In this document: piece by piece, positions 1 through 9,318 of the stretch
How the letters are laid out: each line of letters opens with the position of its first letter
Position numbering within the stretch: position 1 is the stretch's first letter
Source of the DNA: an uncultured Acidobacteriaceae bacterium
GTDB lineage: Bacteria; Acidobacteriota; Terriglobia; Terriglobales; Acidobacteriaceae
Direction: 5' to 3'
NCBI GenBank assembly: GCA_963794165.1
Contig: CAWCCT010000008.1
Span: 245,054-309,053, forward strand
Length of the DNA stretch: 64,000 nucleotides
The notes under the pieces: model-generated
Seen by the model: only the letters and a program-made list of their open reading frames with translations
What the model was told of the DNA's origin: nothing
Databases searched by the model: none
Made by a program: the position numbers and the translations under genes

Positions 1-682
1 CTGCCTGTGCTGTCCACGACAACGGCAGCGAGTTTGTCTAAGGTAGCGCTGGTTGCCGCACCGTTGTCGCCGGTGTAGCCCGCGGTCCCGGTACCGGCGA
101 TGGTGGTGATGGTGCCCGAGGTGCTCACCTTACGGATTCGATTGTTATTTGTATCTGCGATGTAAAGATTGCCCGCGCTGTCGATGGCCACGCCGGTCGG
201 GGTATAGAGGGTTGCGTTGGTGGCCGCGCCATTGTCTCCGCTGTAACCCTCAGCATTATTGCCGGCTACGGTGGTTATGCTTCCGGAGTTGTTGATCTTG
301 CGGATAACATTGTTGCCCGTGTCCGCGATATATACGTTGCCCCGCTGTCGACAGCCACGCCGGTGGGCAGAGTAAGCTCCGCGCTGGTTGCCGGACCGTT
401 GTCTCCGCTGTAACCCGCGGTGCCGTCGCCTGCAATCGTGGTGATAACACCGGTGCCCGCCGCCACTTTACGAATCCGGTTATTGCCGGGATCCGCAATA
501 TAAAGGTTGTCTCCACTGTCTACCGCTACGCCATAGGGACCGTTCAGTTCTGCGCTGGTTGCCAGTCCGCTGTCGCCGCTGAAGCCTGCCGTGCCATTGC
601 CTGCAACGGTGTTAATCGCGGGCGTGCGAGTGATGGCCTGCGCGGCCGCGATGCCGCAACCACAATAAAGCGACAGGATCAT
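1..682 (-). pseudogene. NHL-repeat secreted protein; frame broken by an apparent 1-nt deletion at ~341-346 (or an assembly error); 3' end lies beyond base 1
   Basis: ORF 275..838(-) translates to tandem NHL-type repeats (GVAVDSGDNLYIADPGNNRIRKV...TIAGDGTAGYSGDNGPATSAEL). After GVAVDS the listed frame decays to a stop at 275. My hand translation of the neighbouring frame from ~345 down to base 1 gives further perfect repeats (GNVYIADTGNNVIRKINNSGSITTVAGNNAEGYSGDNGAATNATLYTPTGVAIDSAGNLYIADTNNNRIRKV...). Signal-peptide-like MILSLYCGCGIAAAQA follows the ATG at 682; an upstream alternative start is possible. Confidence 0.55.
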
Positions 683-1023
683 CCCCAGCACCGTCAACCA
701 CGGCTGGATGGATGCGCGTCTACCGTTGTTCGTTCGCAGACACTTTAAACGTGAAGGGCTACAAAGTACGCCTGGGTTCCGCATCCAGTTTGTTCTCCAA
801 GGCACGACAGCATGCACAGGGACTGGCCCTGTGCTCAAGCGAAGTTGAGGCTTACTTCGCGAAGTTTTGTAATCACTTTCGGGTGCACTTCATTCTACGC
901 GGACAGGTTCAACGGCAACAGACCCTGAAGGGTCCCAAGTTACCTAACAGCCCAAAATCGGGTTACTGTCGTGCCACCGCCGCACTTGAAGGGGATCGAC
1001 GGAGACTGGGCAAACACCCAGCA

Positions 1024-2115
1024 TCAGGGATTCTTGTACAACGCCTGCTGAATTTGCAATCCGATCCCCAGCAGTGTCGAGTCTTCAGCGTTGTCGAGCA
1101 GGACGATCAGTTCCCCGTGTTTGGGCATACGCGCTATAAGGGATTGGAATCCAAAAACAACTCCGGTATGCATCGGAATGGCTTCACCAGCATACGGCGA
1201 ACCCGCTTTCGGAATCAGGATGTTCCAACCATAACCGTAGTTTTCCAGGTTAGGCTTGAAAAGCAGGTCGCGCAGACGCGCCGGGAGAAGACGCTCGCCG
1301 TAGAGGGCCTGATCCCATAGATACAGGTCGTCAACCGTGGAATACATCCCTCCAGCGGCAAATGGGATGGACGTGTCATAGTAGCGAGCATTCTCGAAGC
1401 CTGCAGCAGAGCGTTCATATCCGGAGGCCAGACGAGGAATTACCGTCTCCGAGTTAAAATACCCCGAGTCCTTCATCCCCAAAGGGGTGAAGATACGATC
1501 TCGTAACAACTGCTCGTACGAGTTGCCTGATATTTGCTCGAGCACTGCACCTAACAGAAAGTACCCGGAGTTGCCGTATTCAAACTTGGTTCCGGGTTCA
1601 AACTGCAAATCATTGCTGCAATACTTCTGAACGAATTCCATCACTCCATAATGTGTCCGGCTTGGGGGACCGTCTACAAACCCTGGGAAAGTCAGGAAAT
1701 TTGGAATACCAGAGGTGTGTGAAAGGAGTTCAGCGATGGTGACTCGGTTTCCAGTGTCCTTGCGATAGTAAGGCAGGTACTCCGAAAGATGCCCATCAAG
1801 TTTGATTTTGCCTTCGTTGACGAACTGCAGAATGAGCAGCGCGGTGAATTGCTTCGTCATTGATGCGATTTCAAATTTCGTGTTTACCTCATTGGGGATG
1901 TTCCACTCCATGTTTGCGAGCCCAAACCCTCGCTGGTACAGGATCTGTCCCTGCCGGGCCACAAGCGCAGATCCATTGAATTCGCCGGCCCGGCTGCGAG
2001 CCCGCATAATCTGGTCTATCTCCAACGCCACGGGCTTCAAAGGCTGGTTCTGTCCTGAACACAGGACCGGTCCAATAAGCAACGCAAGGATGGAGACAGC
2101 CTGGAAGACTTTCAT
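1024..2115 (-). CDS. beta-lactamase-family serine hydrolase (class C / PBP4*-like), secreted
   Basis: 363-aa ORF. Signal peptide MKVFQAVSILALLIGPVLCSGQ. SxxK motif in FEIASMTKQFTA and YxN motif in FEYGNSGYFLLG. Confidence 0.9.
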   Translation of the reverse strand: MKVFQAVSILALLIGPVLCSGQNQPLKPVALEIDQIMRARSRAGEFNGSALVARQGQILYQRGFGLANMEWNIPNEVNTKFEIASMTKQFTALLILQFVNEGKIKLDGHLSEYLPYYRKDTGNRVTIAELLSHTSGIPNFLTFPGFVDGPPSRTHYGVMEFVQKYCSNDLQFEPGTKFEYGNSGYFLLGAVLEQISGNSYEQLLRDRIFTPLGMKDSGYFNSETVIPRLASGYERSAAGFENARYYDTSIPFAAGGMYSTVDDLYLWDQALYGERLLPARLRDLLFKPNLENYGYGWNILIPKAGSPYAGEAIPMHTGVVFGFQSLIARMPKHGELIVLLDNAEDSTLLGIGLQIQQALYKNP

Positions 2116-2476
2116 CGTCTGGTCTGACTAGGCTACACTCGATCGGGTCTCACGGTCGGGAGGAAGTATGGTTCCCGGAAGGCAAGTTCCGGAATGGCTT
2201 TCGTTTCTGCTGTCCACTTACGGACGCGCCGCTTTATATCTGGACATTGCTTCCACCCGAAACACTCTAGAACCCGGCGCAATCTACTGATTCTAAACAG
2301 TCAGTTAGCTGCCCTGAACGGTCGCCAACGTGCCTCAACCTGCCTGTTCCATGATCACCCTGCGCAACAATTAGCCGAATAAGATCTTCTGCGCCACCTA
2401 TCGAGCATTCGCGTGTCAGCCCCACGGGACTTAACATGTGTGTCTTACAACATTTCAGGCATACACCGGAGACGGA

Positions 2477-4174
2477 ATGAAATTGATGCGATTGGGTGTA
2501 GTTGCAACCGGCATTCTTCTGATTTCCTCCCTCGCTCATGTGCAGACTCTGCCACCGGACGACACCACAAAAGTGGACAAGCTCTTTGCGCAGTGGAATA
2601 AGCCGGATTCGCCGGGCTGCGCACTGGGCATTTATAAGGATGGGCAAATCGTCTACAAACGGGGCTACGGCATTGCCAACTTGAACGATGACGTACCCAT
2701 CACTCCCGCCACCGTGTTCCACGTGGCCTCGATGTCCAAACAATTCACAGCCGCATCCATCCTTCTGCTTGCGCAGCAGGGAAAACTTTCCCTCGACGAT
2801 GATGTCCATAAATACATTCCGGAGCTGCCCAATTTCGGTGAGCCCATCACCCTCCGTCACCTGCTCCACCACACCAGCGGAATTCGCGATCAATGGTCCC
2901 TGCTGGGACTTGCTGGTTGGCGTTATTCGCAGGATCTCATCACCGATGACGACGTCATGTCCGTCCTCGTGCGTCAGCAGGCGCTGAACTTCAAGCCGGG
3001 CGACAAATATATGTACAGCAACTCCGGCTTCACGCTGCTGGCCATCATTGTCAAGCGGGTAAGCGGGATGTCCTTTCGCGAATTCACCACCGCCAACATC
3101 TTCCAGCCCCTGGGAATGACACACACTCATTTCCGCGACGACCACGAGGAGGTGATCAAGCACGATGCGCTGGGCTACGAACAGGACGGTAAGGATAAGC
3201 CCTTCCGCATGGATCTCACCAACTTCGACACCGCCGGCGCCACCAGCCTCCACACAACGGTAGAGGACCTGCAGCTCTGGGACGAAAACTTCTACCATCC
3301 GCGCGTCGGCGGCCCGGCGCTGATTCAGCAGATGCTGGAGCGGGGCAAGCTCAATAGCGGCGAACAGCAGGATTATGCGTCCGGCCTGGTGATCGGCACA
3401 TACAAGGGTCTGCCAATCGTGGACCACGCAGGCGCCGATGCCGGCTACCGCTCGGATATGATCCGATTCCCTGAACAGCATTTTTCCGTCGCCATACTTT
3501 GCAACTTTGCGGACACCGATCCCAGCTCGTTGGCCCACCAGGTCGCCGATATCGTTCTCGCCAAAGATCTCCGGGCCCCAGCACCAGCGCCCGTGAAAGA
3601 GACGGCAAATGCCGCCGCAATGACTGCGGCGCAGATGTCCGCCATCGCAGGAATGTACTGGGGCAGGGAAGAGGACGATTTCGAGAAGGTCCAGGTCAAG
3701 GACGGCAAGCTGCAGATGGATATCGGCCGGGACGATTTCCACGAGCTGCAGCCGTTTGCCCCGGAGCACTTCCACGTTGCCAATGTCCCCTGGGGCGACA
3801 AAATAGATATCCACTTCATCGCCGGGGACGCGGGAAAGCCGTCTCGCATCGAGCAGATCTTCCCGGGCGGAAAGCCGCAATCCTACGAGGCCGTCGCGGT
3901 CTTCGATCCCACCGCTGCACAGCTGGCCGAGTACACCGGTGCTTTTGTGAGCCAGGAGATCGACCCCGTCTACCGTATCTCTCTTCAAGATGGCAAGCTG
4001 ACACTCCTCCGTCTCAGGCACAAACCCGACACGCTTTGGCCGGCCATGCGGGACGCTTTTGTCGGCGAAATCGGCACCCTCCGATTTACACGCGATGCCA
4101 ACCAGAAGGTCTCTGGTTTCATGCTCGATGCGGGTCGCATTCAAAATCTCCAGTTCACCAGGAAAACAAACTAG
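2477..4174 (+). CDS. beta-lactamase-family serine hydrolase with C-terminal extension, secreted
   Basis: ORF 2438..4174. I place the start at ATG 2477 (MKLMRLGVVATGILLISSLAHVQT signal peptide). SxxK in FHVASMSKQFTA, YSN in YMYSNSGFTLL, and a ~200-aa extra C-terminal domain. Confidence 0.9.
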   Translation: MKLMRLGVVATGILLISSLAHVQTLPPDDTTKVDKLFAQWNKPDSPGCALGIYKDGQIVYKRGYGIANLNDDVPITPATVFHVASMSKQFTAASILLLAQQGKLSLDDDVHKYIPELPNFGEPITLRHLLHHTSGIRDQWSLLGLAGWRYSQDLITDDDVMSVLVRQQALNFKPGDKYMYSNSGFTLLAIIVKRVSGMSFREFTTANIFQPLGMTHTHFRDDHEEVIKHDALGYEQDGKDKPFRMDLTNFDTAGATSLHTTVEDLQLWDENFYHPRVGGPALIQQMLERGKLNSGEQQDYASGLVIGTYKGLPIVDHAGADAGYRSDMIRFPEQHFSVAILCNFADTDPSSLAHQVADIVLAKDLRAPAPAPVKETANAAAMTAAQMSAIAGMYWGREEDDFEKVQVKDGKLQMDIGRDDFHELQPFAPEHFHVANVPWGDKIDIHFIAGDAGKPSRIEQIFPGGKPQSYEAVAVFDPTAAQLAEYTGAFVSQEIDPVYRISLQDGKLTLLRLRHKPDTLWPAMRDAFVGEIGTLRFTRDANQKVSGFMLDAGRIQNLQFTRKTN

Positions 4175-4276
4175 ATCAGCCGTAACGCACAGAGTTGCAG
4201 CCAATGAGAGTTTTAGAGTCTGTCGTGAAACCTGAAGCGGCTACAGAGTGTGCGTGAGTACTGCCGGTCCGACTTC

Positions 4277-4466
4277 CCTGGTTCCCAGACGAAGGACGGG
4301 TGCCCCATATCTCGCTCGTTTTTCGCGAGATGTGGGATACCACTGTACCTTCCCTCTAACTCTTGATTCATCCGACGCACTGAGCGGTCAACATCGGTGG
4401 TATCCCATATCTCGCGAACAACGAGCGAGATATGGGGCACCCGTCCTTTGTCAGAGAACCAGAGGG
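4277..4466. repeat. nested palindromic (REP/MITE-like) element
   Basis: Arms 4277-4343 and 4397-4466 are near-perfect reverse complements (..GGACGGGTGCCCCATATCTCGC..). Each arm contains its own hairpin, CCCCATATCTCGC / GCGAGATrTGGG. The only ORFs here are repeat translations (RDMGHP, FSRDVGY). Confidence 0.8.
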
Positions 4467-4542
4467 AAGCCCCCCGCCGATTGAGTTCGTGAGCGGAGTT
4501 CTCACGCAGCCTCTTTAAAGCCGCCCCTGCGCAAAAAATTTA

Positions 4543-4564
4543 GGGCACGGCTGAAGCCGTGCCC
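4543..4564. repeat. GC-rich hairpin repeat GGGCACGGCTGAAGCCGTGCCC
   Basis: Perfect 9-bp stem with a 4-nt loop. Near-identical copies at 57475-57496 and 39304-39323. Confidence 0.75.
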
Positions 4565-4733
4565 TTCGTACGGAGTCCGCAGCCTTATCCGAGGGATGGA
4601 GTCTCCCTCCAGCAGAATCGCTTATGGGGGTAGATAATCATATCGGCCCAAATGCGAGAAAATTGAGCAGTCGGGGCGGTTCGCAAGTACTGCAAACAGG
4701 TCCCCGGCGGGGTGCACTCGAGGGAGATCCAAC

Positions 4734-5999
4734 TTGAACTCGGAACCACTCATTTCTGCGGTCAACAGCTCTCCGCGAGGGAACGCGGAGGATCTGTCAG
4801 CAGTTCGTCCCGGTCAGGAGAGTCCCTATCTCCGAATCTTCAAGTCCACCGTCTTCGTTCGCGATCATGATCGAAGCGTGCAGTTCTATGTGGGCCAATT
4901 GGGATTCAGTGTAGTTGCTGACGCCCAATTTGAGTTTGGCGGACGGTGGGTGGCCGTTGCTCCTCCGGATGGCAGTTCTATTCTCGCCCTCGTCGTTCCC
5001 AAACGGGGCTCGGAGAACTACAAACGCATCGGCCAACATACGCAGATTGCTTTCATTGCTGAGGACATTAACGCGACGTTCGAGCTCTGGAGGAGCCGCG
5101 GCGTCCGCTTTCTTCATCCGCCACAAAAGTCACTTTTCGGCGGAGCATCTGCCGCTTTTTACGACGTCGACGGCAACTGCTTTGAACTGCTCGGCTCCGA
5201 TGAGATGAGCCGTGAAATCGAGGGCCAGCGGCACGCCATCGCCCAGAAACTCGAAGCGGAGCGGCGCGCCGCCCAGGAGTTGGAAATTGCCAAACAGGTG
5301 CAGGCCAGGCTTTTTCCGCAATCGCTCCCCTCCCTTCAATCCCTCGATTACGCCGGCATTTGTATCCAGGCTCGCCATGTCGGCGGCGACTACTATGACT
5401 TTCTTGCTCTGGGACAAGAGCGGCTTGGGCTCTTGATCGGCGACATCGCCGGCAAGGGAATCGCCGCCGCCCTGCTGATGGCAAATCTGCAGGCCAACCT
5501 GCGCAGCCAGTTTGCCCTGGCCCGCGAGCAGCCGCGTCTCCTGTTGCGATCGGTGAACCGGCTTTTCTACGAGAACACGGCAGACAGCGCCTATGCCACC
5601 TTCTTTTTCGTCGATTACGACGACCGTGCGCAGCGCTTGCGCTATGCCAATTGCGGCCATCTGCCCGCGCTTCTCCTGCGTCACGACGGCACTCTGGAAC
5701 GGCTCCACTCTACTGGTACCGTTCTAGGTCTATTCAAAGATTGGGACAGCCCGACAGAGGAATGCCAACTCTATCCTGGTGACACGCTCGTGCTTTACAC
5801 CGATGGCGTTACGGAATCATTCAATGTTGCTGCAGAGGAGTTCGGAGAGGAGCGCCTGATTGAGACATTGCACCGGCGCCGCGAATTGCCTGCTCATCGG
5901 CTCCTCGGGTCCGTGGTGGAGGAAATTCAGAAGTTCAGCCCCCATGAGCAGCACGATGACATCACGCTGATCGTAGCCAAATGCACACCAGACTCCTAG
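4734..5999 (+). CDS. VOC (glyoxalase-fold) domain fused to a PP2C/SpoIIE-type serine phosphatase
   Basis: 421-aa ORF starting at TTG 4734. The N-terminal ~150 aa show a VOC pattern (IFKSTVFVRDHDRSVQFYVGQLGF ... FYDVDGNCFELLG). A coiled-coil linker follows. SpoIIE motifs: GGDYYDF, GDIAGKGIAAALLMANL, YTDGVTE, DDITLIV. Confidence 0.85.
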   Translation: MNSEPLISAVNSSPRGNAEDLSAVRPGQESPYLRIFKSTVFVRDHDRSVQFYVGQLGFSVVADAQFEFGGRWVAVAPPDGSSILALVVPKRGSENYKRIGQHTQIAFIAEDINATFELWRSRGVRFLHPPQKSLFGGASAAFYDVDGNCFELLGSDEMSREIEGQRHAIAQKLEAERRAAQELEIAKQVQARLFPQSLPSLQSLDYAGICIQARHVGGDYYDFLALGQERLGLLIGDIAGKGIAAALLMANLQANLRSQFALAREQPRLLLRSVNRLFYENTADSAYATFFFVDYDDRAQRLRYANCGHLPALLLRHDGTLERLHSTGTVLGLFKDWDSPTEECQLYPGDTLVLYTDGVTESFNVAAEEFGEERLIETLHRRRELPAHRLLGSVVEEIQKFSPHEQHDDITLIVAKCTPDS

Positions 6000-6053
6000 T
6001 CTCAGGGAGCGAAGACACCAAAAGGCATCAAACAGCACGGAGGGATAGAGCAC

Positions 6054-6455
6054 ATGGAAATTAAGAGAGTCGGCACCCAACCATCCGCAAAGGGACCGTC
6101 TGCGTGGTTCACGGGCACGGTGCGCATCGATCCGCTATTTCAGGCGCCTGATCCGGCACTGGTACAAGGTGCAAGCGTCACATTCGAGCCCGGCGCTCGC
6201 ACGGCGTGGCATACCCACCCCCTTGGGCAAACTCTCATCGTGACGGCGGGCTGCGGCTGGGTTCAGCGGGAAGGCGGCCCGGTTGAGGAAATCAGGCCGG
6301 GTGATGTGGTCTGGTTCTCTCCTCGCGAGAAGCACTGGCACGGAGCCACTCCGACGATGGCAATGACGCACATCGCGATCCAGGAAAAACTCGACGGCAA
6401 AGTCGTCGACTGGTTGGAACAAGTCAGTGATGAGCAGTACAAGATTCAGCCCTGA
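6054..6455 (+). CDS. cupin-domain protein
   Basis: 133 aa. Cupin_2 metal-site pattern [25 protein letters not shown] ... [17 protein letters not shown]. Confidence 0.85.
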   Translation: MEIKRVGTQPSAKGPSAWFTGTVRIDPLFQAPDPALVQGASVTFEPGARTAWHTHPLGQTLIVTAGCGWVQREGGPVEEIRPGDVVWFSPREKHWHGATPTMAMTHIAIQEKLDGKVVDWLEQVSDEQYKIQP

Positions 6456-7801
6456 TTTCCCTGTCTTGCGATTCTGATCATTGCCGCCACGCTACGCTCG
6501 ACATCCTCATCAGTAGTGGCCCAACTGGACACGCTGATACGCATTGCCGCAAGTCCGTGCCACTGCGTTCCTCCGCACCAGCAGGTTCCGTCTTTTTGCA
6601 CCCCGGCGATCACTTGCCGCGTGTCCTGCTCACTACCAAAGGAGACCAGTACCTGGTTCAAGACCACATCGTTCAGGATGGAGAAGCCCGCCCCGCGCAG
6701 ACGATCCGCAAACGTCTTCGCCTGGCGGCAGTTTCGCTCGACCAGCTCGGCCAGCCCCCTGCGTCCCAGGGAGCGCATCGCCGCCCATAACTCGACCCCC
6801 CGCGCTCGCCGCGACGCTTCCGGTGCGAAGTGCCATGGCTCGCGCCCGCTGCCCGGTGTCAGATAGGCAGCGGTCATGGCCATGGCAGCTTTGAGATGAT
6901 CCGGGCGCCGCACCACTGCAACCGCGGAATCGTAGGGCACGTTCAACCATTTATGACAATCAATCGCCCAGGAATCGGCCGCACCGGCGCCCGCCAGCAA
7001 AGGTGCGTATTGCGGGGAGAGGGCTGCCCAGTAACCGAAGGCGCCATCCACGTGCACCCAGGAGCCTGCCTGGTGCGCCCGGGCGCAAATTTCTCCTGCA
7101 GGATCAAACGCGCCCGTATTCACGTTGCCTGCCTGCACACAGACCAGGGTGCGGTCATCGAGCCGAGGAAGCTCTTCCGGTCTCATTCGTCCCTGAGCGT
7201 CAGCCGGGACGCGCGTCACTCGCGAACGTCCCAGCCCGAGCATGGAGATCGCTTTTAGCAGTGAAACGTGAACTTCCTCGCCCACCACCACTTGGATCGG
7301 CGGCGCCGCAAATAATCCGTCCTCCTCGACATTCCATCCGGCATGCTGCAACAGTGTCGTCCGCGCAGCAGCCAGGGCGGTAAAATTGGCCATCGTTGTG
7401 CCGGTAACAAATCCCGCGCCTGCTCCTGGCGGCAGACCGAGCAAGTCGACCGTCCACTGGAGGACAATCTCTTCCAGCTTCGCCGCCACCGGAGACATTA
7501 CTTGCATCGCCGCATTCTGGTCCCATGCTCCGGCCAGCCAGTTAGCGGCGAGCGCCGCAGGCAGCGAGCCGCCGACGACGAATCCGAAATAGCGGCCGCC
7601 TGCGCTCGCCACGGTCGCCGGCGATCCAATGTCGTCCAGCAACGCCAAAACATCTGAGGGATCCGACGGCCCTGGTGGCAGCGGCCCTCCGAGAATCTCA
7701 AGTCGAGCCACATCCTCCGGCGAGGGTGCGACCTTCCGATGCGCCAGCCCCGCAAGGTATTCGGCCGCTCGACCCGCCGTTTCTGCCAACAACTTTTTCA
7801 T
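6446..7801 (-). CDS. PLP-dependent (group II-like) amino-acid decarboxylase
   Basis: 451 aa. Fold-type-I PLP enzyme with the lysine context [15 protein letters not shown] and [14 protein letters not shown]. Its 3' end overlaps the convergent cupin gene by 10 nt. Confidence 0.8.
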   Translation of the reverse strand: MKKLLAETAGRAAEYLAGLAHRKVAPSPEDVARLEILGGPLPPGPSDPSDVLALLDDIGSPATVASAGGRYFGFVVGGSLPAALAANWLAGAWDQNAAMQVMSPVAAKLEEIVLQWTVDLLGLPPGAGAGFVTGTTMANFTALAAARTTLLQHAGWNVEEDGLFAAPPIQVVVGEEVHVSLLKAISMLGLGRSRVTRVPADAQGRMRPEELPRLDDRTLVCVQAGNVNTGAFDPAGEICARAHQAGSWVHVDGAFGYWAALSPQYAPLLAGAGAADSWAIDCHKWLNVPYDSAVAVVRRPDHLKAAMAMTAAYLTPGSGREPWHFAPEASRRARGVELWAAMRSLGRRGLAELVERNCRQAKTFADRLRGAGFSILNDVVLNQVLVSFGSEQDTRQVIAGVQKDGTCWCGGTQWHGLAAMRISVSSWATTDEDVERSVAAMIRIARQGNQG

Positions 7802-8124
7802 CGTTTGATCATACGTTCCGCGTGGGCCGCGTTATACGTGCTAGAGCGCTTGCCCCTGAAGCTTTGAATGGAGGAACCGCATCTGAAAATGATCATGACT
7901 AGAGGGGGTGCCCCACGTTCGCCTAAGCGTACTCCGGATCTCCTGTCCTGCTTGCGGGAGTTGGCAAAGTTCTTGCGGCTTTCCTTAATGAAAGCCGCAC
8001 AAGCGGTTGTTGGTGATGCCCCGTGCAGGAAATCCGGATACGTGGGCCGAAAACGATGGGCTCAGCCCGACAATCGCTTTTTGCTCACTGCTTCCGGCAA
8101 CCCCTTATGATCCCTGCCGACAAC

Positions 8125-9273
8125 TTAGTTTTGGACAGTCCGCAACAACTCCACCAGCTTGGGTGCTGCAATGTGCTGATAGTCCGGCGACAGCAAACCA
8201 TAGCCTTCAATCGCATCATACTTGCGCCCGGCCCCGCTCGATTGTGTACCGTTGAGAGCCCAATAACTCCAGGCAAGATCATTCTCTTTCATGTAGCGGA
8301 TATACATCACAAACCAATCCGAGTTCGCCCCACAGTCTAATGTTTGGCAGGTGCCAAACTCACCTACCCATAGAGGAACGCCAGGCTCGGTATGCAGCAG
8401 AAATCCGGCCCGCGCGTCATAAACCTGCTTCAACTCGTCGTAGCTTGCGAATGGATGTTGGGCAATGTTGTATGCGTGAGGCGAATAGACCAGCCGGTCA
8501 GCGATTTTGAGCCGCACCGGAAGTTTGTCGAACCCGGCGAAGTTGGTCGAGTAGTCCGGACTCTCTACCATGATCAGCAGCAGCGGATTAGCCGTAAGCA
8601 CCGCGTCGCCTCCGCGTTCCGCGGCGGCATGCCAGTCAAGCTTGGGATCCGTTCCTCCCCACGTTGCCTTGTTACGCAGTTCGTTGCGCAGGTCTGCGCC
8701 CACCACCCAGCGCTCGTTCTTGTAGCGGCGCGCAATCGTCTGCCAATCCGTAAGCCACTTGGGCTCTGGATATTCAGCGTTATACCAAAGGCCATTGCCA
8801 TCGGTCTCGTTACAACACCAGTCCGCTCTGCTTACATGGTTATCGAGGATCACCATGATATGGGCGGCGGCCAGCGCGCGGACGACCGCGTCCATAACCT
8901 CCATAGCATGTCTGCCTCTGAATTGTGGGTTGGCTTTCACCGCATAATCGGGCACCACAGGATTGCGCTCCAGCGTCTCATTGGCCCAGGGCAGGCGCAC
9001 AGAGTTCATGCCCAGATCGACAATCTCTTTCACTATGGTGGCCAAGGGAGCATGGTCGAGGCCTCCAGCAACAAATTCCTGTTGATCAAAGCCGTACCAA
9101 TTGACCGAAGTCAGCCGCACCCGGTGACCCACCGTGTCGAGAATCTCATGGCCGCTGGTGTGCAGAGGCGGCTCAGTCTGGTGCTGTTGCGCAGTGGCCA
9201 AAATAGACGTGAAACCCAGGCAGGCAGCAGCTAGTAACCGAACAAGCCCCGTTTGATTCCGCACTTGATTCAT
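8125..9273 (-). CDS. glycoside hydrolase family 5 (cellulase-like), secreted
   Basis: 382 aa. Signal peptide LLAAACLGFTSILATAQQ. GH5 motifs VILDNH, ADLRNELR (acid/base Glu) and WVGEFG (nucleophile Glu). Confidence 0.85.
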   Translation of the reverse strand: MNQVRNQTGLVRLLAAACLGFTSILATAQQHQTEPPLHTSGHEILDTVGHRVRLTSVNWYGFDQQEFVAGGLDHAPLATIVKEIVDLGMNSVRLPWANETLERNPVVPDYAVKANPQFRGRHAMEVMDAVVRALAAAHIMVILDNHVSRADWCCNETDGNGLWYNAEYPEPKWLTDWQTIARRYKNERWVVGADLRNELRNKATWGGTDPKLDWHAAAERGGDAVLTANPLLLIMVESPDYSTNFAGFDKLPVRLKIADRLVYSPHAYNIAQHPFASYDELKQVYDARAGFLLHTEPGVPLWVGEFGTCQTLDCGANSDWFVMYIRYMKENDLAWSYWALNGTQSSGAGRKYDAIEGYGLLSPDYQHIAAPKLVELLRTVQN

Positions 9274-9318
9274 CGAATCGAAGCATAACCTACAAACGCG
9301 GCAACTGGCTTGACGGCC

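Noticed and set aside
2267-4204. 645-aa ORF on the minus strand
   Set aside because: It is exactly antisense to the well-supported beta-lactamase-family gene 2477..4174. The composition is Arg/Gly/Leu-rich with no recognisable motifs, which is a typical shadow ORF in high-GC DNA.
4277-4466. Inverted repeats as ends of an insertion sequence
   Set aside because: No transposase ORF lies between or near any of the inverted-repeat pairs in the window, and the elements are at most 400 bp. They are at most non-autonomous MITE/REP-like elements.
7970-7996. Hairpin TGCGGCTTTC-cttaat-GAAAGCCGCA as a terminator for the GH5 gene
   Set aside because: The stem is good (10 bp). However, it lies ~130 nt beyond the stop and lacks a clear U-run on the minus strand, so the evidence is too weak to list it as a feature.
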